Source: Synechococcales cyanobacterium VAR_4_metabat_354
Lineage (GTDB): Bacteria; Cyanobacteriota; Cyanobacteriia; Cyanobacteriales; Chamaesiphonaceae
DNA: 64,000 bases
Direction: 5' to 3'
NCBI GenBank assembly: GCA_031414775.1
Contig: JANOQI010000042.1
Span: 32,001 to 96,000 of the forward strand
Notes under the pieces: model-generated
What the model saw: only the letters and a program-made list of their open reading frames with translations
What the model was told of the DNA's origin: nothing
Database searches by the model: none
Shown: in pieces, positions 18,513 to 27,747 of the stretch
How the letters are laid out: every line of letters begins with the position of its first letter
How positions within the stretch are numbered: the stretch's first letter is position 1
Translations under genes and position numbers: made by a program

Positions 18513-18974
18513 TCACTTTTTGGAATCACTGCTAGCTTCTTTCAGTAAACGATTGATATGACGAGCACTCACCGCAATACCTAGTTCGGACTCCAGATGT
18601 TTCCGTAATAATTCACCGGTCCAGTGAGGAAAGTCATAGCCAAACTGCTGAGGAGCAGTAGCCGCAACCTCTATTAATCGCTGTAGATATTGGTTGTTGA
18701 CAGTTTTAGGTCTGCCGATCGGCTGCTCTTGCCAAAGATGAGATTGGTTGGTTTTCAGCATCATCATCCAATGTCTAGCTGTTAGTGGTGAGCAACCAAT
18801 TAGACGACAGATTTGAGTTTGAGTATGCCCCAGATCTGCTAACAGCATAATGTCAATCCGCTGCCGGTATTCTGGAGATAAGCTTTCCTCTAAGCTTTCT
18901 TCTAATAGCTGACGTTGGAGAGTATTTAGATACTGACTTGGTGGTGGGGTGGAAAGCTGCTGTTTGATTGTCAT
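18513..18974 (-). CDS. Helix-turn-helix protein resembling the IS630 transposase DNA-binding region; no catalytic domain
   Basis: RQRIDIMLLADLG..QICRLIGCSPLTARHW..GRPK..WTGELLRKHL..LGI.VS..HINRLL; stops before any DDE domain. Confidence 0.8.
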   Translation of the reverse strand: MTIKQQLSTPPPSQYLNTLQRQLLEESLEESLSPEYRQRIDIMLLADLGHTQTQICRLIGCSPLTARHWMMMLKTNQSHLWQEQPIGRPKTVNNQYLQRLIEVAATAPQQFGYDFPHWTGELLRKHLESELGIAVSARHINRLLKEASSDSKK

Positions 18975-19266
18975 AAAAAACCTTTTGAATTGCCAAAGTT
19001 ATTGCTTAAATTAAAATCTCATCTAGATAGAAAATCACATATGATCGAAGTCTTGATTTCTTGAGACTTCATTCCCCAAAGTAGCCACCTACTAAGAATT
19101 CTGACTCAATGACCAAGCATTAGAGATCCGCTAAATGTATGATCTTCATCAGTCAATTGAATGATTCATACTACAAAAAACATTTTCAGCTACTCTAAAT
19201 AGTGTTTCTACTGATGTGATTTATTTAATTTACTTGAGGAAATGATCAGTGGATGCTCGTTGATAA

Positions 19267-19458
19267 TAGCTAATAACTATTAAATTGAAAAATCTTTTTA
19301 AGTATAAACTTCAGTATAAAAATAATTTATTTCATGCCTAATAAAGATTGTAAATAGTCGAAATTTAGAAGATTGTGAGAGTCTTCAAATAGTGCTAACT
19401 GCTGCCTTTAAAATAACCTTTGACTGTCATAATTATAGAGTCTGTAGCTAATAACTAT
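19267..19458. repeat. 14-bp direct repeat TAGCTAATAACTAT (imperfect palindrome) upstream of the HTH gene
   Basis: Exact copies at 19267-19280 and 19445-19458. Confidence 0.7.
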
Positions 19459-19525
19459 CTATCGAAAAAATTAAATAATTTAAAATCACAATTGTTTGCA
19501 AAGCAGCTTTGTATTTAAAAACAAA

Positions 19526-19564
19526 ACAGTCAACAGTGGTATACGTACTTTCCCTGTTGACTGT
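19526..19564 (-). terminator. Intrinsic terminator after ilvE and the lpxB-like gene
   Basis: 11-bp arms ACAGTCAACAG / CTGTTGACTGT followed on the minus strand by TTTGTTTTT. Confidence 0.75.
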
Positions 19565-19615
19565 CTTGTATATGTTCGTAGTGGTGATTATAAAGTGCGG
19601 CGGTGGCCGAGAAAC

Positions 19616-20842
19616 TCATAACATTTGTTGAACAATGGTAACAATTTTGGCTGCTGCTCCAGTTGTCCCCCGTGTTTGGGCTAAATCTGTTTGAATTTGG
19701 GCTAATTTTTCGGGATGCTCTAATAAGTCAATCACTAGTGTGGCTACTTCTGACACGGTAATTTTTCCCACTAACTCCGGCACAATTTCCCGACCAGCCC
19801 AAATATTTGGCCAAGCAAACTTGCGGCCATTGAGCTGCTGAAAAGTGATCCAGTTAATTAATTTACTAACGGGAGTACCAATTCCTGGTAATCGTGCCAC
19901 TATTCCTGGTAATCCATCCCAACTGCGCATCGCATCTAGTTGGTAGGTAGGCAGTAATACAATCATGGGAATGCCCAAAGCGGCTAACTCTGCTGTATTA
20001 GCACCGATTGTTGTTAGACATAGAGTACATTGACTAAGGATGTTGTAAGCCGGGAATTCTTGATGGAGAGCAACTGTGAGACCCTGCGCGGTCTGGAGAT
20101 AGGGCTGCTCACTGGCAACTAAGGTCGCGGTAGTTCCTTGCACCACTTCGACCACCGGATTTTTGGACAAGTCGGCAAACTGGGCTAGGTATTCGATCGA
20201 GATGGCCGGAGCTACTGGAATAATAAATTCGGTATCTGGTCGGGCTTGTTTGACGGCTTCAGCGATCGCCAGACAAAATGGCAATCCCATTTGCAGTTTT
20301 TGGGCTTTAGAACCAGGTAATAAACCGATAAGCGTATTGGGACGGGGCGATAATGCTGTTAAGGTTTGCCCAGTCTCTAGCATTAAATCACCGACCACTG
20401 TGGCTTTGTGTTGATAGTCGGTGGGAATTGTGGCTAATACCTGATCGTTCATCACTGCAAACCGATCGACATATTTTGGCCAGCGGGCAGCTAATTCGCC
20501 ATAGATCAGAGTTTTATAACCCAGCCTTTTGCCAATCAAAACTGGAAATATCTGATCGCCACCCAAAAAAATCACGATTCCTTGCTGCTGCCAATCCCAG
20601 GCATCGGCAGTTTTGCCCCACAGCAAAAAATTCCAGAAATGCTCGGCAGATTGAGACCGATCAACACCAGGATAAGACAGCGCAATTTCGGCCTCTCGTC
20701 CACCAGCATTCGCATCAGGCGATAAAACCACCGAGATGCGGGCAGCATTCGCATCAAACTTAGCCCGCAGAGCTTCTACCACCGGACGTACCCAGGTGGC
20801 AATCTCACCGGGGGCATTGGAAAGAATCAGAATATCGAGCAT
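19616..20842 (-). CDS. Lipid-A-disaccharide synthase-like glycosyltransferase (cyanobacterial LpxB type)
   Basis: DILILSNAPGE..WVRP, FLGGDQ, VGDLM, GLLPGSK, GANTAELAALG.PM, AWPNIWAG.EIVPEL. Confidence 0.85.
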   Translation of the reverse strand: MLDILILSNAPGEIATWVRPVVEALRAKFDANAARISVVLSPDANAGGREAEIALSYPGVDRSQSAEHFWNFLLWGKTADAWDWQQQGIVIFLGGDQIFPVLIGKRLGYKTLIYGELAARWPKYVDRFAVMNDQVLATIPTDYQHKATVVGDLMLETGQTLTALSPRPNTLIGLLPGSKAQKLQMGLPFCLAIAEAVKQARPDTEFIIPVAPAISIEYLAQFADLSKNPVVEVVQGTTATLVASEQPYLQTAQGLTVALHQEFPAYNILSQCTLCLTTIGANTAELAALGIPMIVLLPTYQLDAMRSWDGLPGIVARLPGIGTPVSKLINWITFQQLNGRKFAWPNIWAGREIVPELVGKITVSEVATLVIDLLEHPEKLAQIQTDLAQTRGTTGAAAKIVTIVQQML

Positions 20843-20857
20843 GAAGGCCGGATGGGA

Positions 20858-21775
20858 TTAGAGATCGATCGGATACACCCAATCTTGGTATTCTTGATGC
20901 TGGCCTTGAGTAATGGCGACCAACTCCTGCTGAAGCTTTTTGGTAATTGGGCCGGGAGACTGAGGCACTGTATAGTTTTCGATCCGGCTCACTGGCGAAA
21001 TTTTAGCCGCCGTCCCGCACAAGAAAATTTCATCGGCAATGAACAGCTCCGACTTATCGATCGGTCTTTCGACTACTTCAATACCCAGCTGCTTGGCCAC
21101 GACCATGATGCTATCGCGGGTAATACCTTCCAGGATGTCTTGATCGGCACCAGGGGTAAAGAGCTTACCATTGCGTACCATGAAAATATTCATCCCGGTC
21201 GCCTCGGCGACTTTGCCCTGGGAATTTAACAAGATAGCTTCATCAAACCCCGAGGCATAGGCTTCGGTCTTAGCCAAAGAAGATGTGATGTAAGCGCCGC
21301 TGATTTTGCCGCGCAGTGGCAAACTAATATCTTCTTGACGATGCCAAGAACTCATTCGACAACTGATGCCACCGGGTTTGGCTAAGTATTCGCCCAGCGC
21401 TAGGCCATAGATAAAGAAATTTTGGGCAATATCGTGGAGGCGCGGGGCAATGCCCAGTCCCGATGAATAGATAAAAGGCCGAATATAGAAAGGCTTGCTG
21501 GGCTTATTGTGTTTTACAAACTCGGTAATATTAGCCTGAATTTTATCTGCTGGCAGATCGTAATGCATATATCTAGCGCTATTACTAAGCCGCTGACAGT
21601 GTCGATCGAGCCGAAACAAAATGGCTTTATGGGGGTTGGCTTCATCTACATAACCACGTAGACCACCAAAGGCTCCTGTACCATAATGCAGTGCATGGGT
21701 GGCGATCGAAACGTTGGCTTCTTTAAAAGGTATAAATTTGCCTTCAAAATAGGCGATCGGTAAAAATTCTTCCAT
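20858..21775 (-). CDS. ilvE: Branched-chain amino acid aminotransferase
   Basis: THALHYGTGAFGGLR, KISGAY, GFDEA, E.TGMNIF, ILEGITR, EIFLCGTAA. Confidence 0.95.
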   Translation of the reverse strand: MEEFLPIAYFEGKFIPFKEANVSIATHALHYGTGAFGGLRGYVDEANPHKAILFRLDRHCQRLSNSARYMHYDLPADKIQANITEFVKHNKPSKPFYIRPFIYSSGLGIAPRLHDIAQNFFIYGLALGEYLAKPGGISCRMSSWHRQEDISLPLRGKISGAYITSSLAKTEAYASGFDEAILLNSQGKVAEATGMNIFMVRNGKLFTPGADQDILEGITRDSIMVVAKQLGIEVVERPIDKSELFIADEIFLCGTAAKISPVSRIENYTVPQSPGPITKKLQQELVAITQGQHQEYQDWVYPIDL

Positions 21776-21877
21776 AGGTCTGTAGTGAAATAAAACAGTT
21801 TGCCATCCCAGAGGCTACATCTTAGCAGAAAAACCGAAGTGGTTTTGGCGTAAATAGCCGGGCGATCGAAACTATAT

Positions 21878-23023
21878 TCACTTTGTTTCCACTAAGATAA
21901 CAGCTGGCAATTGGCATTCGGCGATTGATTCGAGCTTGGCTCTTTGATGAAATGATTCAATAGACATCAGACTATTTGAGGCGGCATCCCACAAGATAAA
22001 CTTAGAACATCGTAGGATATCCCCGATTCGCAATGTCTTTACTTGGGAGAGCAAGTGGATATTTTGATGGTGACAGGCTGCCAGATGATAATTAGGAATT
22101 CTTTCTGATAGATGGTGAATATTGTGGTAACCAATATCGGCAGCAAACCATTGAAAAATAGCTGGTAGCTCTAGATAACTACTACCTTCAATAGCGCCCT
22201 TGAGATAATCCCACCCTGCTGTTTGATGCGCGTATGATCCTTCAAAATTATGCTGTACAAAAAAGACCAGAATAAAGATAGCTGCTGAAAAAGTCAGAGT
22301 AATGGAGTAAATACTCAAGAAAAATCCTGCTCCTAGCAAATGGCTAAAAAAGATCCAGCTGCCAATTACGCAAATATTGTTGAAAAGTAAATCCCAAAAC
22401 TCCGCCTTCGTATACCAATTTCGAGACTTGTAAGAAGAGAAGATTTCTGAAAAACTCATTCCAGAATCTTTTTTTAAGCAAGTGAAGGCATGGCCAATTA
22501 AACCATATGTTCCCATGAGCAGAGCCAACCTGGGCTTGATTGCTAGATAGAAAAATCCGCCCGGAATAGACATAAAGGGGTGCCGTAGTAATTCATAATG
22601 CTTTTGACTAGCGGGACTAAGTTTGGCGAATTCCGCAGTAGAAGACAATCCCGATGGCCCACGATACTGCTCCCAATCACCATTGGTTTTGTGATGATAA
22701 GCATGGCCTCGTGACCAGGGATATTGCGGAATGGCATTGATCACACCTAGTAGAAAACCAAAGATTCGGTTGACTTTTTTGGAGCTGAAAAGTGAATAGT
22801 GTCCGCAATCATGCATCAAAGAAAAACAACGTACCGAAAAGAGAGTCATCAGTACCATAATGGGCGGTAGCAACCAAAGAGAAATAGAAACTGATTTAAC
22901 TGCTAAAAACCATAGTAGTAAATAAGGAATAACCGTATTTAGGATTTGATAAGTTGCTTGGAAGTCGTTGCTCTTCATGTAGGGCTTGAGCACAAAGTCC
23001 GACTTTTTAATCACATTTTCCAT
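21878..23023 (-). CDS. Membrane fatty acid desaturase
   Basis: Three His boxes HDCGH, HAYHH and HNIHH, plus FFVQH and IPNY.L. Confidence 0.92.
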   Translation of the reverse strand: MENVIKKSDFVLKPYMKSNDFQATYQILNTVIPYLLLWFLAVKSVSISLWLLPPIMVLMTLFSVRCFSLMHDCGHYSLFSSKKVNRIFGFLLGVINAIPQYPWSRGHAYHHKTNGDWEQYRGPSGLSSTAEFAKLSPASQKHYELLRHPFMSIPGGFFYLAIKPRLALLMGTYGLIGHAFTCLKKDSGMSFSEIFSSYKSRNWYTKAEFWDLLFNNICVIGSWIFFSHLLGAGFFLSIYSITLTFSAAIFILVFFVQHNFEGSYAHQTAGWDYLKGAIEGSSYLELPAIFQWFAADIGYHNIHHLSERIPNYHLAACHHQNIHLLSQVKTLRIGDILRCSKFILWDAASNSLMSIESFHQRAKLESIAECQLPAVILVETK

Positions 23024-23126
23024 TCAGTAAAACACTCTGGTAAACAACTGTATTGGGATATGGTCTAGCTAGGGAGCAACTGTCGATTGTCGATCGACAG
23101 CATTCCAGGTCATTAATTTACTTAAT

Positions 23127-23591
23127 TTACAAATTAATATTCCCCATTTTTTGTCCAAAGCAAGTGTTGGGCATAAATTCATCCCATCGATCGCACACTT
23201 GTTGGTAGCATTCCGGCGGTGTAATTGCTAAGTTCTGGAGCCAAAGCACTTCCACTGACTGGCCAGATTGCATTAGCAGCATCATCTCTCGCTGAGGATG
23301 ATATTGGGCAATGGTTTCTACCAGTTGTGAACTTTCCATAGCCGATATTCCTAAGGACTGGAGACGGGCTAAGAGAGATTGCCCGCGTATAAACTGAGTG
23401 GTGAATTTCCAGGAATGGAACCGGAGTTCAGTATCTTGAGCTGGTGGTTCAATCTGACACAATAGTAAGCCCCAGCCTTGATGCTCGAATCCTGACCAAG
23501 CAAAATATCCGAGCACGGGAAAGTTGTCACGGATAAATGCGGCTGGCCAAGGCGTGAAATTTTTCAACTGCGGCTGGTCACGAGGAAACAT
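23127..23591 (-). CDS. Hypothetical cyanobacterial protein
   Basis: Strong CAGGAGG RBS; AWSGF...GWGLL.C and PPECYQQVCDRWDEF motifs. Confidence 0.75.
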   Translation of the reverse strand: MFPRDQPQLKNFTPWPAAFIRDNFPVLGYFAWSGFEHQGWGLLLCQIEPPAQDTELRFHSWKFTTQFIRGQSLLARLQSLGISAMESSQLVETIAQYHPQREMMLLMQSGQSVEVLWLQNLAITPPECYQQVCDRWDEFMPNTCFGQKMGNINL

Positions 23592-24206
23592 GTTGCGCCT
23601 CCTGAAGCCAAACTTTTGCGACTACCTGACTTTTGCTAATTCGGAGATGTCCCAAGATTTGGATGGCAATAGACATTAGTATTGATCGTCACTTCTTGCT
23701 GTAGGTCTGGTCGTTAACGAGAGAAAATGCTTGCTGGACAAATGGTCAATTTCATAAAACTGTCATAGCGATCTGTACCAACTAGAACTTCCCGATATGC
23801 ACATGACAATATCGATCATTTAGTTAATCCGTTCAATCAACTTAATCATTAATAAGAATGTTGATCCAAATTGAGAGTTCCCCATTCTGGAAAGATTTTT
23901 GGGAGCCTGATCATGACATTGCCCACCAAGAAATTAACCAGCTGGATATTTTAAATCGAAAAAACTTTACTCTAAACACAATCTGTACCTCGCAGATATG
24001 GAAGTGTAATTAAATTGGCTGATCGGCGGGCATTCTGACTTAGAGGTATATACCTCATCACAGTTGCGGGACAGCGGCAGACTGGTACTGCTCTTTCCCC
24101 ATTACTTTTAACGGCTGAATTTCGTTAAAACCGATCTGGCGATTAACAATAGCATGATTTTGGACTAAGTACCTAAAAATCTAAGTTGCTACTTGCTCGA
24201 TCGGCC

Positions 24207-25163
24207 TTACCAAAAATCATTCATAATAGTGCCTTTTTCATCTAGCTTATTAAAGCAAAATGCTAAAACTCGACCATTCCAAGGGGGCTTCGGATTAGGC
24301 TTATAAACAACTATTTCTCCCGTACCTTTAGCTTTGGCCATATAGGTTTTGACTAAAGCTTTGCACTGCTCTCGAGAAATATTGGAATCGTCGGTTTCAA
24401 TCACAATGCGCGAGCCATTTGCCATTGGTTCGCTACTAACCCGATGGCTAGGAGATCCCGATTTAGAATTAGTGGCCATGACTTTAGAAGGCGGTTTTAA
24501 GATTTGGGTAATGGCTGTTGACGGCTGGGGCGATTTTGGCCGTGGCGGAGCAATGGAAATCTGTGGCTTATTGTTGGCACCAAGTCGAGGGGACTGGGCT
24601 GTAGTAACAGAATTAGTTGGTGGTTCTAACGAAGAGGGTAAAATTTGTGGTGAATTAGGGGAAGACGCTGAAGCCTGGGGACTGGGCATCCTCGCCAGAA
24701 TGGCGGCCAGCGAAGAAGACGGTTGTGGGGTAGGGAAATCACTCTGGATTGCGGAAGGAACCAGCGGGGGTAAAATGAAGGCGGGAGCGCCACTCACGGT
24801 TACTGGTGGTGGAGACATATTCCCACGAGCCATCATCGTTGACTTTGGGGTGGAGCGGGGTGCTGTTTCTGCTGCAAAAGGATTACCGACTCGCTGATAA
24901 AGAGATAAATCTTTTTTGGAAATCCAGGGTGCCAGAAAAGCCGGAATTAATAGTAATAGACCCAATCGGGATAGGATATTCCAGGTCGAGCCGTCGGCTT
25001 CCCATTTTCGAGTTATTTTATACAGTGGTGGTAAACACAATATTCCCCATAAAATGAGCACAAGTACCAGCCCCATCGATCGATTAGCTTGAAACAGTGC
25101 TAAAGCTCCGACAAATAGTAGCGAGGACAACCCCCATCCTAGAAAGGTTAAGATATTAGACAT
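24207..25163 (-). CDS. Hypothetical membrane protein with Pro/Ser-rich linker and small C-terminal Cys-pair domain
   Basis: Three hydrophobic segments, low-complexity middle, C-terminal domain with two Cys. Confidence 0.75.
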   Translation of the reverse strand: MSNILTFLGWGLSSLLFVGALALFQANRSMGLVLVLILWGILCLPPLYKITRKWEADGSTWNILSRLGLLLLIPAFLAPWISKKDLSLYQRVGNPFAAETAPRSTPKSTMMARGNMSPPPVTVSGAPAFILPPLVPSAIQSDFPTPQPSSSLAAILARMPSPQASASSPNSPQILPSSLEPPTNSVTTAQSPRLGANNKPQISIAPPRPKSPQPSTAITQILKPPSKVMATNSKSGSPSHRVSSEPMANGSRIVIETDDSNISREQCKALVKTYMAKAKGTGEIVVYKPNPKPPWNGRVLAFCFNKLDEKGTIMNDFW

Positions 25164-25342
25164 AAAAAATATTTTTGATGGTATTTTTAAACTGATTCAT
25201 TATAAAAAATTTTAATTGGCAATTATTTAAGAACTTTTCTGATCTCTAAGCCAAAATTTTTCATAAATAAAGTTAACCACAACTGTGTCGATCGAACAAC
25301 GCTCAGTCAGTCTGATGGCGTAGTTTTAGCGAATTTTCGGCA

Positions 25343-26713
25343 TCAAATAACTGGGACAAAATTTTTAACTGTAGAGACTATTTCGGTCACGTTCACATCT
25401 AATTGCTCTCTGGTTGCCAAAACCTTGACTTGGCATCTACCAGCAGCCTGCTCTGTGGCACCTTGAATAATAGCGATCAATATCCCCATTTTTTCGGCTT
25501 TTTTGAGTTGGTCACCGAGCTTACTCGCTTCAAAGTTGGTAACAGTGGCAATTCCGGCCTGACGCAATTGTTGAGAAATTTGCAGATAGCCAGGCATCAG
25601 CGACCTGTCGAGATTGAGCACCACCACCTGGGCGGGGGTCGGCGCAAGGGGCTGTACTAATTTTTCTTTGAGTAAATTTTTGATGAGGCGGGTGAGTCCG
25701 ATCGAGATACCCACGCCGGGTAATTCCTCTCCAGCAAACAGTCCGACTAACTCGGCATAACGACCACCCGAACAAATGCTGCCCAGACTTTCGTAACCCA
25801 GCAGAGTTGTTTCATAAACAGTACCGGTGTAATAGCCTAAGCCTCTAGCGATCGATAGGTCAATACAAAATTGATCGATCGGCACTTGCAGATCGCGAAC
25901 TCCTTGGATCACCTCTTGTAATTCGGTGATGCCAGTGGCCAGCTCTTCGGTATTACTGAGTCCGGCAGCCATTGTCGTTAGTTTAGTGAGGATCTCGTCG
26001 GGACTGCCTTTAATCTGGGTAAAATCAATCACGGCCTGAGCTTGAGTAGCAGTGACTCCGATCTTTTCTAGCTCGGCTTGGACTTTGGTAATGCCGATTT
26101 TATCCAGCTCATCCACAATATTGATGCAAGCTTTGGCTAACTCCGGTGCAATGCCCGTCGCCAGTAAAAACCCCGTCAAGACCTTTCGGTTATTAATCCG
26201 GATCAGAAACTTGCCAATGTTTAACTGGGTAAAGATCTCGGCGATGATCGCAGGCATCTGGGCATCGTAGAGCAAATCGAGCTTACCTCTGCCCACCACA
26301 TCAATATCACACTGCCGAAACTGACGATAGCGACCAGCCTTAGCTCGTTCGCCCCGAAATACCATATCCATTTGGTAGCGGGCAAAGGGAAAGGTTAAGT
26401 CGTTAAGATGACGGGCAATATAGGCGGCTAGTGGTAGGGTTTGGTCAAACTTCAGACCTCGATCGATATCCCCTTCGTCAATATTGGCCACTAACGGACT
26501 AATGCCATAGATGATGTTGTCACCCTGCGCACCTTTGGCCTGCAATACAGCCAGCCGTTCCACTGCCGGGGTCTCGATTGGGGTAAAGCCATAGCGCTCA
26601 AATACACCGCGAATGGTGTCCAGAAACTGCTGTTCTAGACGCTTTTCCCCTGGTAAGAACTCAATATCGAAACCACTGGGGAGAGTATAGTTAAGTTTTT
26701 CGGATTTACTCAT
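25343..26713 (-). CDS. hisS: Histidine--tRNA ligase (FDxTxP class)
   Basis: GFTPIETPAVE, GLKFDQTLPLA, VFRGERAKAGRYRQFRQCDID, IARGLGYYTG, CSGGRY, GISIGLTR, anticodon-binding domain. Confidence 0.93.
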   Translation of the reverse strand: MSKSEKLNYTLPSGFDIEFLPGEKRLEQQFLDTIRGVFERYGFTPIETPAVERLAVLQAKGAQGDNIIYGISPLVANIDEGDIDRGLKFDQTLPLAAYIARHLNDLTFPFARYQMDMVFRGERAKAGRYRQFRQCDIDVVGRGKLDLLYDAQMPAIIAEIFTQLNIGKFLIRINNRKVLTGFLLATGIAPELAKACINIVDELDKIGITKVQAELEKIGVTATQAQAVIDFTQIKGSPDEILTKLTTMAAGLSNTEELATGITELQEVIQGVRDLQVPIDQFCIDLSIARGLGYYTGTVYETTLLGYESLGSICSGGRYAELVGLFAGEELPGVGISIGLTRLIKNLLKEKLVQPLAPTPAQVVVLNLDRSLMPGYLQISQQLRQAGIATVTNFEASKLGDQLKKAEKMGILIAIIQGATEQAAGRCQVKVLATREQLDVNVTEIVSTVKNFVPVI

Positions 26714-27747
26714 TTTTTATTTTCGAGGACGGCGGCCAGCTGCTTGCTATGGCGAGATTCCGAGCCAAATATATAGTTAGGTGCAAAAACGGTAATATCG
26801 GTACCGCCAGTTTGACGTAAGTGATTGACGGCTTCACGCCAGCTAGCTTGATGCACAACGATGGTCACGGCATACCAATTAGGCTCTAGAACAGAGTAAA
26901 CCTTGGCAATGGTGGGGCCGCGCATCCCGGTCAATTCAGCTAGCTCTGAACTTTTGAGCAGCCGTTTGCCCAATTCATCGGCACTTTCGCCCTGAATATT
27001 GGCCGTAATAGAGGTGAATTTTTTTGCTTCCAGCTGGGCTTCGATCGAATCCAAAATCAGCTTGGTCACTTCCTGCTTGCGGCGATCGTTTTGCAGCAGC
27101 CGCTTGTTGGCAATAATACAGGCTTGGGATTTGAGCATCGGATCGCCGGTAATCGGCTTCAGGCGATTTTCGCGTAAGGTGGTGCCGGTACTACTCACAT
27201 CGGCAATCATATCGGCATAGCCCATCTTGGGGGCAGCTTCTAAGGCTCCGTTGGCTTCTACTAGCGAGAAGTGGACAATCTGGTGTTTCTTCAGCCATTC
27301 ACGGGTCAGGTTGGGATATTTGGTAACAATGCGCAGGTTGCGACCTTTATTTTCCCGGAAATCCATGGTTAGATCAGCCAGATCGGCCATCGAGACAATA
27401 TCAATCCAGCTATCGGGTACGGCCAGTACCAACTCACAGCGGCCAAACCCCAACTCAGGATAAATATCTACTACATGGTTGTAGCCAGCGCTTTCTTCGG
27501 CATAAATATCGTAGCCAGTGATGCCTAGGTCTACGCTACCTTCTTGCACTTTAGTGAAAATATCAGCGGCTCGTTGAAAGATTACTTCCACATCGGGCAG
27601 CGCCGAGATGGTTCCGACATATTGTCGGTCGTTAGGCCGGGATACTTTGAGACCGGCGGCGGCCAATAGCTCTGAGGTCGATCGCTCTAGGGCACCTTTA
27701 CTGGGAATCGCCAGCCGCAGTTTTTGATCGTCACGTTTTTGGTTCAT
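26710..27747 (-). CDS. hisG: ATP phosphoribosyltransferase, long form with C-terminal regulatory domain
   Basis: LAIPSKG, DLGITGYD, GFGRCEL, TKYPNLT, GALEAAP..GYAD.IAD..STGTTL.EN.L; C-terminal GMRGPTI domain. ATGA overlaps with both neighbours. Confidence 0.95.
   Translation of the reverse strand: MNQKRDDQKLRLAIPSKGALERSTSELLAAAGLKVSRPNDRQYVGTISALPDVEVIFQRAADIFTKVQEGSVDLGITGYDIYAEESAGYNHVVDIYPELGFGRCELVLAVPDSWIDIVSMADLADLTMDFRENKGRNLRIVTKYPNLTREWLKKHQIVHFSLVEANGALEAAPKMGYADMIADVSSTGTTLRENRLKPITGDPMLKSQACIIANKRLLQNDRRKQEVTKLILDSIEAQLEAKKFTSITANIQGESADELGKRLLKSSELAELTGMRGPTIAKVYSVLEPNWYAVTIVVHQASWREAVNHLRQTGGTDITVFAPNYIFGSESRHSKQLAAVLENKK

Noticed and set aside
24349..24897. 182-aa + strand ORF and similar antisense ORFs across the window
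   Set aside because: They lie opposite well-supported genes and have no recognisable motifs.
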